This document shows, in pieces, positions 11,453 through 21,402 of a DNA stretch of 64,000 nt. The notes under the pieces are model-generated. The model ran no database searches. It saw nothing but the letters and a program-made list of their open reading frames with translations, and had not been told where the DNA came from. Origin of the DNA: Naegleria gruberi. Lineage: Eukaryota. Made by a program: the position numbers and the translations under genes. Numbering within the stretch: the stretch's first letter is position 1; every line of letters starts with the position of its first letter. The stretch is taken from the NCBI GenBank assembly GCA_000004985.1, contig GG738892.1, one strand, 5' to 3'.

Positions 11453-12960
11453 GTAAATAATTCAATATTATTTAAAGTATTCTTTTTACAAATATTTAAC
11501 ATGTTAATCATTTCATCTCTTAAATAATTTGCCAATTCAAAATGTTGATTTCTATAACTCCAATATAAAGCATCATTTCCATATATATTTTTATGAGTTA
11601 AAATGGAAACTAACAAATCAATATTATTATTTCTATATAAAGAAATTAAATATTCAAAAACATCCATTTTGTTCTCTTTTGATGCAATAATTAATAAATT
11701 ATCACCATTACAATCATTTGAATTTAATAATAATTCAATTTGTTGTTGTAAATTGAGTGATGAAAATTTAGTCAATTGTGGAATGAATAATCTTACAATT
11801 TCCAAACAATCATTTCCAGAATAAAGTGAAATTTGTAAAGGTAATTTTCCACTTTTACTTTTTAAAAGTGATAATTTTGGATAAGTTTGTACAAAATATT
11901 TTACAATATCAAAATGTCCATATCTACATGCTATCATTAATGGTGACATTTCATGTATTGAATTGGATTTTAACATTAAATATTCTAATATGGATATATT
12001 TGGAAAATTATCTTTAAATATACTTATTAATTCTTCTACTATATTTAAATGTCCATATTGACATGCCAAATGTAATGCATTATATCCAAATGTTAAATGA
12101 CTTGTTGTAGATACATTTTTATTAAATGAATCTCTAACAAATAATAATAAACATTTTAATATATTGTTGCTATTATTATTATTAGAAGAAGAAGAAGAAG
12201 AAATATTATTATTAGAATTATCATTAGTAGAATTATTAGAATTGTTATTATTTGTAAAATCTTGTAATGTTCCATCTCTAATATTTCTAAAGAATTTACT
12301 CAATTGTGTTAATGAAAAATCTAAAATACTAATACTACTACTACTACTATTATCTACATAATGATCAGAGTATTCTTCATTGGAATCTTCTTCTCCCATA
12401 ATGTCATTATAAAAGCGATGATGATTTTGATGCTGATTACCAATATTAGAAGTATTATTATAATGATTATCATGATGATGGGATTTAAAACTATTTTTAG
12501 CGTCCTGATGAAGAATTTGATTATTTGTATAATGATGATCGGAATGAAAAACATTTCCATCATCACTCATATTTTCATAATGATTTGATGATGAAGATGC
12601 ATCCAATGATAATGGTGATAGACATGAAGCTAATTGTTCTTCCTCTTCTTTTTGATGATTGAAATTAGAGTTAGTAATAGATGTTGTTGTATTAGAAGTT
12701 GAAGCAGTAATAGTATTATTAGGAGTACTCGTTGTATTTGTTATTAAATTTGTTGTATTTTGTTGTTGCTGTTGTTGTTGATAATGTTTAAATTGGAGAC
12801 AAGTTAGTTGATTGTAAATTCTTGAATTGAAATTGTCAAAATTTCTATCATTTGATTTGAAACATTTTAATAGTAAATCCAAATCATATTCAATATTAAT
12901 TAATTCATCGAATTTAATACAATCATGATTGTCTTGATAGGAAATGTTAGAATCTGTCAT
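7645..12960 (-). CDS. Large ankyrin-repeat protein (>20 ANK repeats) with a C-terminal degenerate protein-kinase-like (pseudokinase) domain and poly-Asn/Gln/Thr tracts
   Basis: 1771-aa single ORF. Numerous ANK consensus units occur (e.g. GNTPLHLSILSGHLELVISLI, GYTPLMCASKKGHFDLVKLLV, TPLGLSAKYNHSHVAKLLLQAG). The C-terminal approx. 300 aa has kinase subdomain-like blocks (FCIVTEYQSNMIDLHQLI; HGNLKLTNILI; DLKINAKS) but HRD is replaced by HGN and no GxGxxG loop is seen. Long (AAT)n/(CAA)n coding repeats. Confidence 0.75.
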
Positions 12961-13358
12961 TTTTTTATTGTCATTTGACGTTTGTAATTTTAATGGAGAT
13001 TGAAGTTTTACTGCAGCAGAAAATTGTTAATGTAGATGATGAATATGATATGGTTGTTGCTGTTTTTTTGATAGGAAACGAAATTGATGTATTTTTAATA
13101 GTATTAATATGTAATAGTTTTATCCATTTTTGAACCATTTAAAAAAATATTGTAAAGATTATAATATTCAATAGATAATACTACAACTCAGTACTAATAA
13201 TACAAGGTTCATAATTCAAAACCTTACTCGCATTCAACAAGTTCAACCTCAGAGATGAAACTAAAAATACTTTTCTCTTTTCTGAGGTTGAACAGATGGA
13301 CAACTTTAATATCCAAGCAATTTCTTGAAGCCTATCGAAAAAGAAGCAGAGAGAAAAA

Positions 13359-16271
13359 ATGTCATCTCAATCCAATGAAGCTAATAATCAACATGATGAA
13401 TGTTGTGGTGGTCATCATCACCATCATCAAAAGAATAAGCAACAAGCAGCTTCTTTAAATATCAATGCAAAGCCTTTTACTTTTTCCGAGACATCAGGTT
13501 CATCAGCTGAACAAGCTCCTAAGAAGAAACATTCTAGAAAGCCATTCAACAAGATTCCAAATAATAATAATAATAATAACAATGGAATGGTTCAATCATC
13601 AGAATCATCAACTACTACTAGTAGCAGTGGAAATGTGAATGAAAACAATCAAACACATTCTCAAGAAAAGCCTTTAAAGAAGAAGCCTTTTGCTAAGAAC
13701 AAACCAAATCATCAACAAGTCATTGATGAATCTAATCAACAACCACCACAAGGTCAAGAATCTAATTCAACACCATCATCATCATCCTCTTCTACTAAAC
13801 CTAAGAGAAATAACAAACAAGCCTTTAAAAAGTCGAGTCATGAATCAGCCACCACTTCATCTGTTGTAGATAGTTCCAACAATAATTCATCAGCCTCCAA
13901 TGCCTTTTCTTCCAACACCACTAGTGTAAATAATAGACCACCACGTAGTGCTAGAAAACCAAAGCCATCAGCCACTACAACTCCTATCAATGATCAGCAA
14001 CAAGAAGAAGGAAATACTGTATCATCACCAATTCAACAACAAGTAACATCTTCTACTGATGGTTCTGCAGTTTCAAAGAGAAGACAAAAATTCCAAAATC
14101 ATCCTCATGCTAAAACTTTTGTTAAACCAATTGTTGCTGATGATAATTCTGATACCATCAGTACAACAGCAAGTGATGTGAGTAATAGTACTGCAACAAG
14201 TGCTTCCTCTTCTAATAACAATAAGAAAAAGAAGAAGAATAACAAACCAAAAGTTGAAAAACAAGATTCGGAACAAAAAAAGGATTCTAAAAAGAAGAAT
14301 AAGAAGAAACATCATGATAATGATGAAGATATGTTTTGGTCTCATTCTTTTTCAAATGCTGGTGCCTTCTCTACCAAGACAACAAGAACTGTTTATGATA
14401 AATTGAAAGCAGCCAAATTGACTGAAGAGGAAGTTGAAGCATTACCATTGCAAGACAAAATTATGTATCAATTGACAAAACAAACTTATGACTGTATGGT
14501 TTGTAGTGATAACATTTTAAGACAACATCATACTTGGTCTTGTACTGATTGTTATAGAGTTTTCCATTTACAATGTATCAAACGATGGGTTTCAGAAAAA
14601 GTTGAAACTGAAGATAGAAATCATTGGAAATGTCCAGGTTGTAATTCTGCAAAAATTGTAAATATTCCAACAGATTATTTATGTTTTTGTGGAAAGATTG
14701 CAAATCCAAAGGTTAATTTGGAAGTTATTCCTCATTCATGTGGAGGTTTATGTGGTAAAGTTAGATCTTGTCCTCATCCTTGTACTGATTTCTGTCACCC
14801 TGGTCCATGTAAAGAATGTGATCTCACTAGAGATGTTAAATGTCATTGTGGAAAGGAAACATTCTATTCTATCAAGTGTAATGATCCAAATTATAAGAAT
14901 GGTGCATCTTGTGGAAGAGTTTGTGGAAAATTACTTTCTTGTAGAAAACATACTTGCCCAAATCCTTGTCATCAAGGTCCTTGTGAACCTTGTAAGGAAA
15001 TAATTAATGTTGAATGTTATTGTGGACATTCCAATTTACAACAAGGAGTTTCATGTCATACTTATAGTCATTTGAATACTTCAATTGCTCATCGTGAATA
15101 TAATTTATTTGATATCAAGAAGGGTGAAGATGATTCAACAATTTATAGAACCTATAGTTGTAATCAAACTTGTAAGAAACTTTTACCATGTGGTCAACAT
15201 TGTTGTGATAGAGTTTGTCACTATGGAAAATGTATTGGACACAAGATTTCACAATGGGTTAAAACAACAAGTCAAGAAGAAGAGGAAGGTATCGATGAGT
15301 ATATCAAAAAGAATGGTTGTTATCAACAATGTAGAAGTATTTTGAAATGTGGACATTTCTGTACTTTGAAATGTCACCCAAATCAAATCAAGTGTATGAA
15401 ATGTAATGCTCAAGTTGAAGTTTATTGTAAATGTGGTAGAAAGTTTGAAAAGAGAACTTGTGATGGTAAGAGCAGAGAGGAGTCTGATGTTATTTTCCTT
15501 GACTGTGATGAAGAATGTAGAAAGATTCAAAGAGTTAAACAACTTGCTGAAGCATTCCAAATTGATTATGATAAGTTTGAATTGCCAGAATATACAAATG
15601 AACTTACTGATTTTGCAAGAAGAAATTTGCACATTATCAAAAATTGGGAATTTGAATTTGATGTCTTGTTAACATCTGATAACAAGAGAGCATCTAAACA
15701 ATTTACACCAATGAAGAGAGAACGTAGAGCTTTACTTCATGAATTAGCAGAACATTACAAATTTAGTTCAGTTTCAGTTGATGCAGAACCTAACCGTTCA
15801 GTTATTGTTACATTGGGTACTCAATCTAAGAGGCCATCAATTTTATTGAGTGAAGTTGTTACTGATCCTGAGAAATTGAGAAAGTTAAAGGAAAAGATTA
15901 TTGAACAAGAAGAGAAGGAAAGAAAGGAAGAAATTAAGAGATATAGAAAATTCAAGTCAAACAATCAATCCAATTCTCCAATTGATGAAGATGAATGGAC
16001 AAGTGTTAAGGGTAAATCATCATATCAACAAGAAGAAAAGGAAGATGTTCTTTCTCGTATTGTACATGCAGGAAATAATGCAAAGAATATCAAAGCCCAA
16101 GATGTTGATAAGAAATTATTTACAAATTCATTCGGATCATTTATTGAACAGGATCATCACCGTGATAGTAATGAACAACATGAACAAGAACCTGTCAAGG
16201 TTGGAGACACTTTAAATTGGGCCAATGAAATGGAGGATGAAGATTCTAAAGTTTTGGAAGAGTCCTTGTAG
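13359..16271 (+). CDS. NFX1-type zinc-finger protein (RING/PHD-like finger + tandem NF-X1 Cys-rich fingers + R3H domain); transcription regulator / E3-ligase family
   Basis: 970 aa. After an N-terminal low-complexity region there is a RING-like finger CMVCSDNI...CTDCYRVFHLQCIKRW...WKCPGC. Repeated CxxxCxxxCHxGxC units follow (CGGLCGKVRSCPHPCTDFCHPGPCKEC; CGRVCGKLLSCRKHTCPNPCHQGPCEPC; CNQTCKKLLPCGQHCCDRVCHYGKC). A C-terminal R3H-like block RRALLHELAEHYKF is present. Confidence 0.8.
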   Translation: MSSQSNEANNQHDECCGGHHHHHQKNKQQAASLNINAKPFTFSETSGSSAEQAPKKKHSRKPFNKIPNNNNNNNNGMVQSSESSTTTSSSGNVNENNQTHSQEKPLKKKPFAKNKPNHQQVIDESNQQPPQGQESNSTPSSSSSSTKPKRNNKQAFKKSSHESATTSSVVDSSNNNSSASNAFSSNTTSVNNRPPRSARKPKPSATTTPINDQQQEEGNTVSSPIQQQVTSSTDGSAVSKRRQKFQNHPHAKTFVKPIVADDNSDTISTTASDVSNSTATSASSSNNNKKKKKNNKPKVEKQDSEQKKDSKKKNKKKHHDNDEDMFWSHSFSNAGAFSTKTTRTVYDKLKAAKLTEEEVEALPLQDKIMYQLTKQTYDCMVCSDNILRQHHTWSCTDCYRVFHLQCIKRWVSEKVETEDRNHWKCPGCNSAKIVNIPTDYLCFCGKIANPKVNLEVIPHSCGGLCGKVRSCPHPCTDFCHPGPCKECDLTRDVKCHCGKETFYSIKCNDPNYKNGASCGRVCGKLLSCRKHTCPNPCHQGPCEPCKEIINVECYCGHSNLQQGVSCHTYSHLNTSIAHREYNLFDIKKGEDDSTIYRTYSCNQTCKKLLPCGQHCCDRVCHYGKCIGHKISQWVKTTSQEEEEGIDEYIKKNGCYQQCRSILKCGHFCTLKCHPNQIKCMKCNAQVEVYCKCGRKFEKRTCDGKSREESDVIFLDCDEECRKIQRVKQLAEAFQIDYDKFELPEYTNELTDFARRNLHIIKNWEFEFDVLLTSDNKRASKQFTPMKRERRALLHELAEHYKFSSVSVDAEPNRSVIVTLGTQSKRPSILLSEVVTDPEKLRKLKEKIIEQEEKERKEEIKRYRKFKSNNQSNSPIDEDEWTSVKGKSSYQQEEKEDVLSRIVHAGNNAKNIKAQDVDKKLFTNSFGSFIEQDHHRDSNEQHEQEPVKVGDTLNWANEMEDEDSKVLEESL

Positions 16272-16340
16272 AGTAAAGATACACTCGGTTAGTACAAAAC
16301 AAATAAATTATTTGTAATCGCGTTCTAAAAATAATTTTTT

Positions 16341-16362
16341 TCTCGCGCCGCTAGTTTCGCGC
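16341..16362. promoter_or_regulatory. CpG-rich element with E2F-like core TTTCGCGC in an otherwise AT-rich promoter
   Basis: tctcgcgccgctagtTTTCGCGCatg at 16341-16365, 50 bp upstream of the ATG at 16412. TTTCGCGC (16355-16362) equals the canonical E2F consensus TTTSGCGC. It is the only CpG cluster in this spacer. Confidence 0.2.
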
Positions 16363-16411
16363 ATGTTGATGGCTTCAATTAATCTAAAAAAAATATTAAA
16401 AAATACTCGTC

Positions 16412-17578
16412 ATGATGGCCCAATCGTCAAACAACAACTTGGAAGTTAAAGCTGTGGTGTATAATCTTGGAAAATTGTCCTTGGACAGCAATTACAACGA
16501 TAACCCTTCCAATTATTATAAAGAGTTGGTTGATCGCGCTCTTCAAAACTGCAAGAATATTGAACCTAACGAGAAAATTGATAATTTGACTTGTAATTTG
16601 GCCCTGTTTATTGATGATGAAGGTATTACAAAACAAGTCAGAAGGAGAAAGGTCGGAATTACTCCTAACAGAACAGTTTTTTCTACCTTTTATTTCGTAG
16701 AAAGTCCGGGTTATCAAAATGCAAATGAACCTACTTCCCACTTTTGGTGGCTATCAGGAAACACTATTGTATATAAATGTAATCAAAAGGGTGGTGAGGG
16801 AGGTACCACTGAATTCACCATTGTTGCAAGTCAACTTGAAGCTGCTAACAATCAAGAAGTAACCAAATCTGGATGGATTTTGCATCATGATATGGGAGTG
16901 GACGTGATTGTTGTAGATCATATTATAAGCAGTCTTTTCGATCCAAAAGATGGTAAGAATACTCCAAAGACAAGTAAGAAGGTCACCAACAAGAAGTCAA
17001 CTGTCCGTGTTGAAGAAAACAATGAAAAGAAGAGCTCAAAGAAAAGTAAGAAGGCCTCCAAGAAGTCAACCACAAACAAGTCAACCAAAAAGGCCACCAA
17101 GAAAAGAAAGAGAAATGAAGATGATGACGATGATGTAATAATGAATTCTCATAACGATAATATAATTGCAGTTCCAAACACTGCTCAAGTCAATGAGAAT
17201 TCTAACGAAACAAAAGAAGAATCATTTTTATTAAGTGATGATGTTAATGACGGTGATGCATTAACATCATCCCAATTGGAACTAGAAAGGGACCAAACAA
17301 TTGCTATTCTAGATAATATTCAAACAAGTTTTCCAACCAAGATGGTTTCTGATTTCATCTCAGTTCGCAGTTTAAACCAACAAGAAAAGAACGAAACTAA
17401 TATTCATTCCTCCTCTGGTTCATTAATTCCAAATAGACCATTTTGGCCAACTGCATCTGGTAGTGAATCTGATCATGAATTGACTGAATTATGTTATTGT
17501 TCGGATTTCTTTTCATGTGAAAATGATTGTTGTTTGGAACTAAAAACGAACCAAGATCTAAATAGTGAAATTATTTAG
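16412..17578 (+). CDS. Uncharacterised protein with Lys-rich basic central region and Cys-rich C-terminus
   Basis: 388-aa ORF with good coding periodicity. KKxxKK basic stretch (putative NLS). C-terminal CYCSDFFSCENDCC. No family recognised. Confidence 0.4.
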   Translation: MMAQSSNNNLEVKAVVYNLGKLSLDSNYNDNPSNYYKELVDRALQNCKNIEPNEKIDNLTCNLALFIDDEGITKQVRRRKVGITPNRTVFSTFYFVESPGYQNANEPTSHFWWLSGNTIVYKCNQKGGEGGTTEFTIVASQLEAANNQEVTKSGWILHHDMGVDVIVVDHIISSLFDPKDGKNTPKTSKKVTNKKSTVRVEENNEKKSSKKSKKASKKSTTNKSTKKATKKRKRNEDDDDDVIMNSHNDNIIAVPNTAQVNENSNETKEESFLLSDDVNDGDALTSSQLELERDQTIAILDNIQTSFPTKMVSDFISVRSLNQQEKNETNIHSSSGSLIPNRPFWPTASGSESDHELTELCYCSDFFSCENDCCLELKTNQDLNSEII

Positions 17579-18078
17579 AATGCTTTTTGTAAATTAGTTT
17601 TTATTGTAATCATTAAGTTCCACAACATTCAAATTATTATAAAATTAGAGTTTGAAATATATGCAAAGAATATCAAGAGTAACGATTCAAACGGTTTTTC
17701 TGATGGTATGTCAAGTGTGTGTGAAATTTTTACTCAACTCTTGTGAATTTCAGCCTTCGTGAAATAGTTCACCAACAATCTTTTCACAAATGATGGAACA
17801 AACAGAGTTGTAAAGACTAGCATGTCAGTCAAGGAGAGTTTAAATCGAACTTGGGTTTCGAAAAACAAATTTTCCTATTCGATTTTGCATGAAGATATTT
17901 CACAAGTTGAATTTATATTTGAATTGAATGATTGGAATATGTTGTCAAAGAATGTAATCTAATGCAATTAACATCCTCTCAAGTATACTTCTCCAACAAA
18001 CCTCCTTCCTCGTGTCCACAAAGATTTTTTGAAGAAATTGAGGAAGCCTTGAATAAAGCAACACAAAACCCCTTTTCT

Positions 18079-19569
18079 TTAATTCTCCATTAAGATGAGC
18101 CTTATTCGTTTACCCCTACATAATTCAACAAGTGTTTTTCTTTGTTTACGGGTTATGTAACAAGAAACAACAATTTCTCTTAAATTCAATTCCCTTAACC
18201 AAGAAACGAGCGTGTCAAATTCTATTCCATTGGTAGCTGCAATATCCAAAACTCTTATTTGTTTCATAAATGAGCTATTCAAAATACAGTCCAAGGCATC
18301 AACCAAAAAATAAATTCTCAAATGCCTAACATTTTTCAAATTACCATCATCAAACATTTTCATGGTCTCAATATTTGCCCAATGTGTAATTCTTAATTTT
18401 TTCAAATTTAACAATTCTCCTTTAGAAATATAATGAATGCCCATGTTATCAATCTGATCACTTAGTTCCAATGATTCTAGAGATCTTATTTTGGATATAA
18501 ATTTAATATCATTTATATTAAAGTAAATAATAAGTAAATGTTTTAAATTTGATAGACATGTTAGTGGCTCCAATGAACATGATAATTGAATGTAAATATT
18601 GAGAGAAGTTAAATTAGGAACAGAGTTGCAAAATTGTTGGAATTGATAAAAATTTGATGGTGTGTAGTTGTTATATCTATTATTACGAAGAGTACAAGTT
18701 AATAGATTTTCCATTAATGGAAAATCTTTTGTTGATGAGATGTTCTGAATATCAAAGACGGTTAATTGTTTTAAATTGTTACCATTTAAATATTTGAAAG
18801 CAGCCCCTGATTCCCCTATGACAAAATTTTCAAGTAATGTTTGTTTTGAAAAATATTTACATATTAGTTCGTCGATTTCTGTTCCTAAATTCTCAGTCGG
18901 ATAGTATTGGAAGGTTTTGAAATTAATGCCAGAATTGAGAATTGACGTAATCGTTTTTTCATGTAACAATAATCCGTCTAGAGATAGTGATGTTAAATTC
19001 GGGAACAATGTTGCATCAAAATCAACATTATGTTTCGTTTTGTTTTCGTGAATAGATAATTCAAGCTCTTTTAAATTAGAAATGGAATTAGGCTTAAGTA
19101 TTTGTTTTACATTGTTATCGTTAATAGGATTACGAATAGAAAGGCTCCCAAGTGTCTGAAACCAATTTAAATCAACTTGCTTTAGCCTATTTGAACTCAA
19201 CTTCAAGTTTTTTAGTTCTGTTAAACACTTCATCACTAATAAAACATCATTATTAGTTAACTTAACACAAGTAATCTCAAGACTTCTAATATTTGAATAA
19301 TAATTCCCTTTAAAAGCAGAACTATAAAAATTTACAGTTTTAAAACTTGTTACTTTTGGAGATTGAATAATAGATTTGAACTGGGATTTTGTTATATCGT
19401 GTTGTATATCAAAATCTGTAAATAATAATGGTAAATCACCAATAGGTAGCTTCATTGTATAATTAAGTTTAGTTAAAATGTAGTAATAATATGTCTTAAA
19501 TTCTTTACGAGCATTCGGAGAGAAACATAATTGTCTCCATAATGAACAAACAGAAGCAAATCTTATCAT
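18079..19569 (-). CDS. Leucine-rich-repeat protein (F-box/LRR-like architecture)
   Basis: 496 aa. Repeated LxxLxLxxN/C units (LKNLKLSSNRLKQVDLNWFQTLGSLSI; LTSLSLDGLLL; LKQLTVFDIQNI...). Confidence 0.5.
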   Translation of the reverse strand: MIRFASVCSLWRQLCFSPNARKEFKTYYYYILTKLNYTMKLPIGDLPLLFTDFDIQHDITKSQFKSIIQSPKVTSFKTVNFYSSAFKGNYYSNIRSLEITCVKLTNNDVLLVMKCLTELKNLKLSSNRLKQVDLNWFQTLGSLSIRNPINDNNVKQILKPNSISNLKELELSIHENKTKHNVDFDATLFPNLTSLSLDGLLLHEKTITSILNSGINFKTFQYYPTENLGTEIDELICKYFSKQTLLENFVIGESGAAFKYLNGNNLKQLTVFDIQNISSTKDFPLMENLLTCTLRNNRYNNYTPSNFYQFQQFCNSVPNLTSLNIYIQLSCSLEPLTCLSNLKHLLIIYFNINDIKFISKIRSLESLELSDQIDNMGIHYISKGELLNLKKLRITHWANIETMKMFDDGNLKNVRHLRIYFLVDALDCILNSSFMKQIRVLDIAATNGIEFDTLVSWLRELNLREIVVSCYITRKQRKTLVELCRGKRIRLILMEN

Positions 19570-20346
19570 ATCATTTTGGTCAAGAAATGGAATAATATTA
19601 AAAATAATAACATCATCATCAAATAATTGAAATTAGAAGAAAATCTCGTTCTAACATGCTCGGTTGTCAGCCGATTGAATAAAGGAAAATAGTGCAATTA
19701 TTACAATATTTAAAATCGGAGTAAAACAATGATCACAGCAACAAGCATCCAAAAAATAGGAGAAAGCAGTAAAGCTGTTGCACTACCATAGCAGAGAGAA
19801 TTTGCTTATGAACTTCTTCAAGTGATTAGAAATAGCAGCATTTTGGATTTTCAGATTTGGTAGACTTTGGTTTGGGCGAGTTTCAGTGCGTCCCGATTTT
19901 CAGACTTTCCACATCTTTAGTTGGTAACATGATGTTTATTATTGATAACATGTGTTACCGATTCCATTTTTTGGACACTTATTTCAATATATATTAATTT
20001 GACAATGACCAGATTCAATGTATCTATTAATCAAAAAATCGATAAAGAAGATCCAAAGAGATTACTATTCATGTTTTCATTGCAATCAATTCGGTTTATT
20101 TGCCATTTAAAAACCGATTGTATACAACACTCATATCTATTTGTCCTTTTTAACTTCGTGCACCTTCAAAATGTTTACAACTTGCTTTGCAAAGTTCCGC
20201 AGCCAATAGATAAATCCTATTTCGTTGTAAAGTTCTTTTTTTTCCTGGTCTCCACCATTTTTTTCTTGGTACGCAAATAATCATATTTTTAGAATTAATT
20301 TTTTGAATCACAAAATCACTTTAAAAAAAATTAACCTAACAACCAA

Positions 20347-21339
20347 ATGGCCAACAGAAAGCAAGCTACCAAGAGAAAGGAATCACCATCCTCATCAGCA
20401 ACCCCATCCGAAAAGAAGAGAAAAACTTCCACTAACAAGCAAGACACAGCAAGCTTGGAGAAGTTTTTAAGAGTTACTTCCGATGATTGTCCTACCTGTG
20501 ATGAACTCATCCAAGCATTCAACAACAAGGAATATTTAGCAGGTGAATTCAAGGAACAATTAGATGAGTGTATTGATGAATATCTTGATTCTCCGGATGA
20601 AGAAGACTCTGTTCAAGTTAAACTCGGAATGACAGAATTTTCCAGAAAGCAATTTACTATTGATGCAGATTTTGATCATGTCCAAAACATGTATGTGTTT
20701 GCATACGACAATGGTGAAAATGGTAAGCGAAAGGGGATTACTTCAATGTCCAAAGTTACTGATAAGAAGAAGACAAATTGTTTCACTCAGTCTGCCAAAT
20801 TGATTCAAGGTGCAAGAAGGGATGGACAATTGAAGATTGTTTTGGCAGTGTGTAAAACAAATTCAGATGTGGAACTTTATATTTCAGAAGAGGAATATAA
20901 AGTCAGTTGGACAGAAAAGAAGCAAGAGTCTGAGAAACTTACAAACGCCTTTGATCAACCAATCAATAATGAAACCTCATTACCAATAGTTCAAACAGAT
21001 CCAATCAAGTCTTTAGAAGACTCTGAAAGAAGAGTTCAAGAACTCGAAGAAAAACTCAAACAATCCCAACAATTTTCCCAGTTTTTGTTTGGTTGGATGT
21101 GTTATTATATGCAATGGTATCCATCTCCACAACCACAAACAACCAATGATGAGTTCTTGCCAGAAAATGAATTAGGGTCCAATATTACAGAATTCTCAAG
21201 TAGATGGATTTCATCAGAATGCGTTAATGGGATGGATTTCTTTCGGCCAACTGTTCAAGAAAAGAAAGATGATGATCCTTCTCAACTTGCAGACGAACAA
21301 ATGCCTGTCATGCCTTTCGCGTATGGTCAAACTCTTTAG
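20347..21339 (+). CDS. Uncharacterised acidic/basic protein, probable nuclear (unknown function)
   Basis: 330-aa ORF. N-terminal KRK-rich region and a central coiled-coil segment (SLEDSERRVQELEEKLKQSQQ). Confidence 0.4.
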   Translation: MANRKQATKRKESPSSSATPSEKKRKTSTNKQDTASLEKFLRVTSDDCPTCDELIQAFNNKEYLAGEFKEQLDECIDEYLDSPDEEDSVQVKLGMTEFSRKQFTIDADFDHVQNMYVFAYDNGENGKRKGITSMSKVTDKKKTNCFTQSAKLIQGARRDGQLKIVLAVCKTNSDVELYISEEEYKVSWTEKKQESEKLTNAFDQPINNETSLPIVQTDPIKSLEDSERRVQELEEKLKQSQQFSQFLFGWMCYYMQWYPSPQPQTTNDEFLPENELGSNITEFSSRWISSECVNGMDFFRPTVQEKKDDDPSQLADEQMPVMPFAYGQTL

Positions 21340-21402
21340 AGATTAAATTTTAAAATAAGGGAAAATTCACTAACTAAATTGTTAATATTAAAATTAATTG
21401 CT

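Noticed and set aside
12160-12200. (GAA)n/(TTC)n and (AAT)n microsatellites (also at 11400-11460 and 27290-27360) as possible non-coding repeats or satellite
   Set aside because: They lie in frame within long ORFs and encode poly-Asn/Glu/Thr tracts typical of this type of genome. They are coding homopolymer repeats, not independent elements.
19841-19920. Repeated GATTTTCAGA motif (x2) in the spacer upstream of gene 20347-21339 as a possible regulatory element or small RNA
   Set aside because: Only two short copies. There is no secondary structure or conserved snRNA/snoRNA boxes. Too weak to call.
19942-20280. 112-aa ORF in the spacer between the LRR gene and gene 20347-21339
   Set aside because: Low-complexity, hydrophobic, with no periodicity or motifs. 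It lies in what is most likely the 5' flank/UTR of divergent genes.
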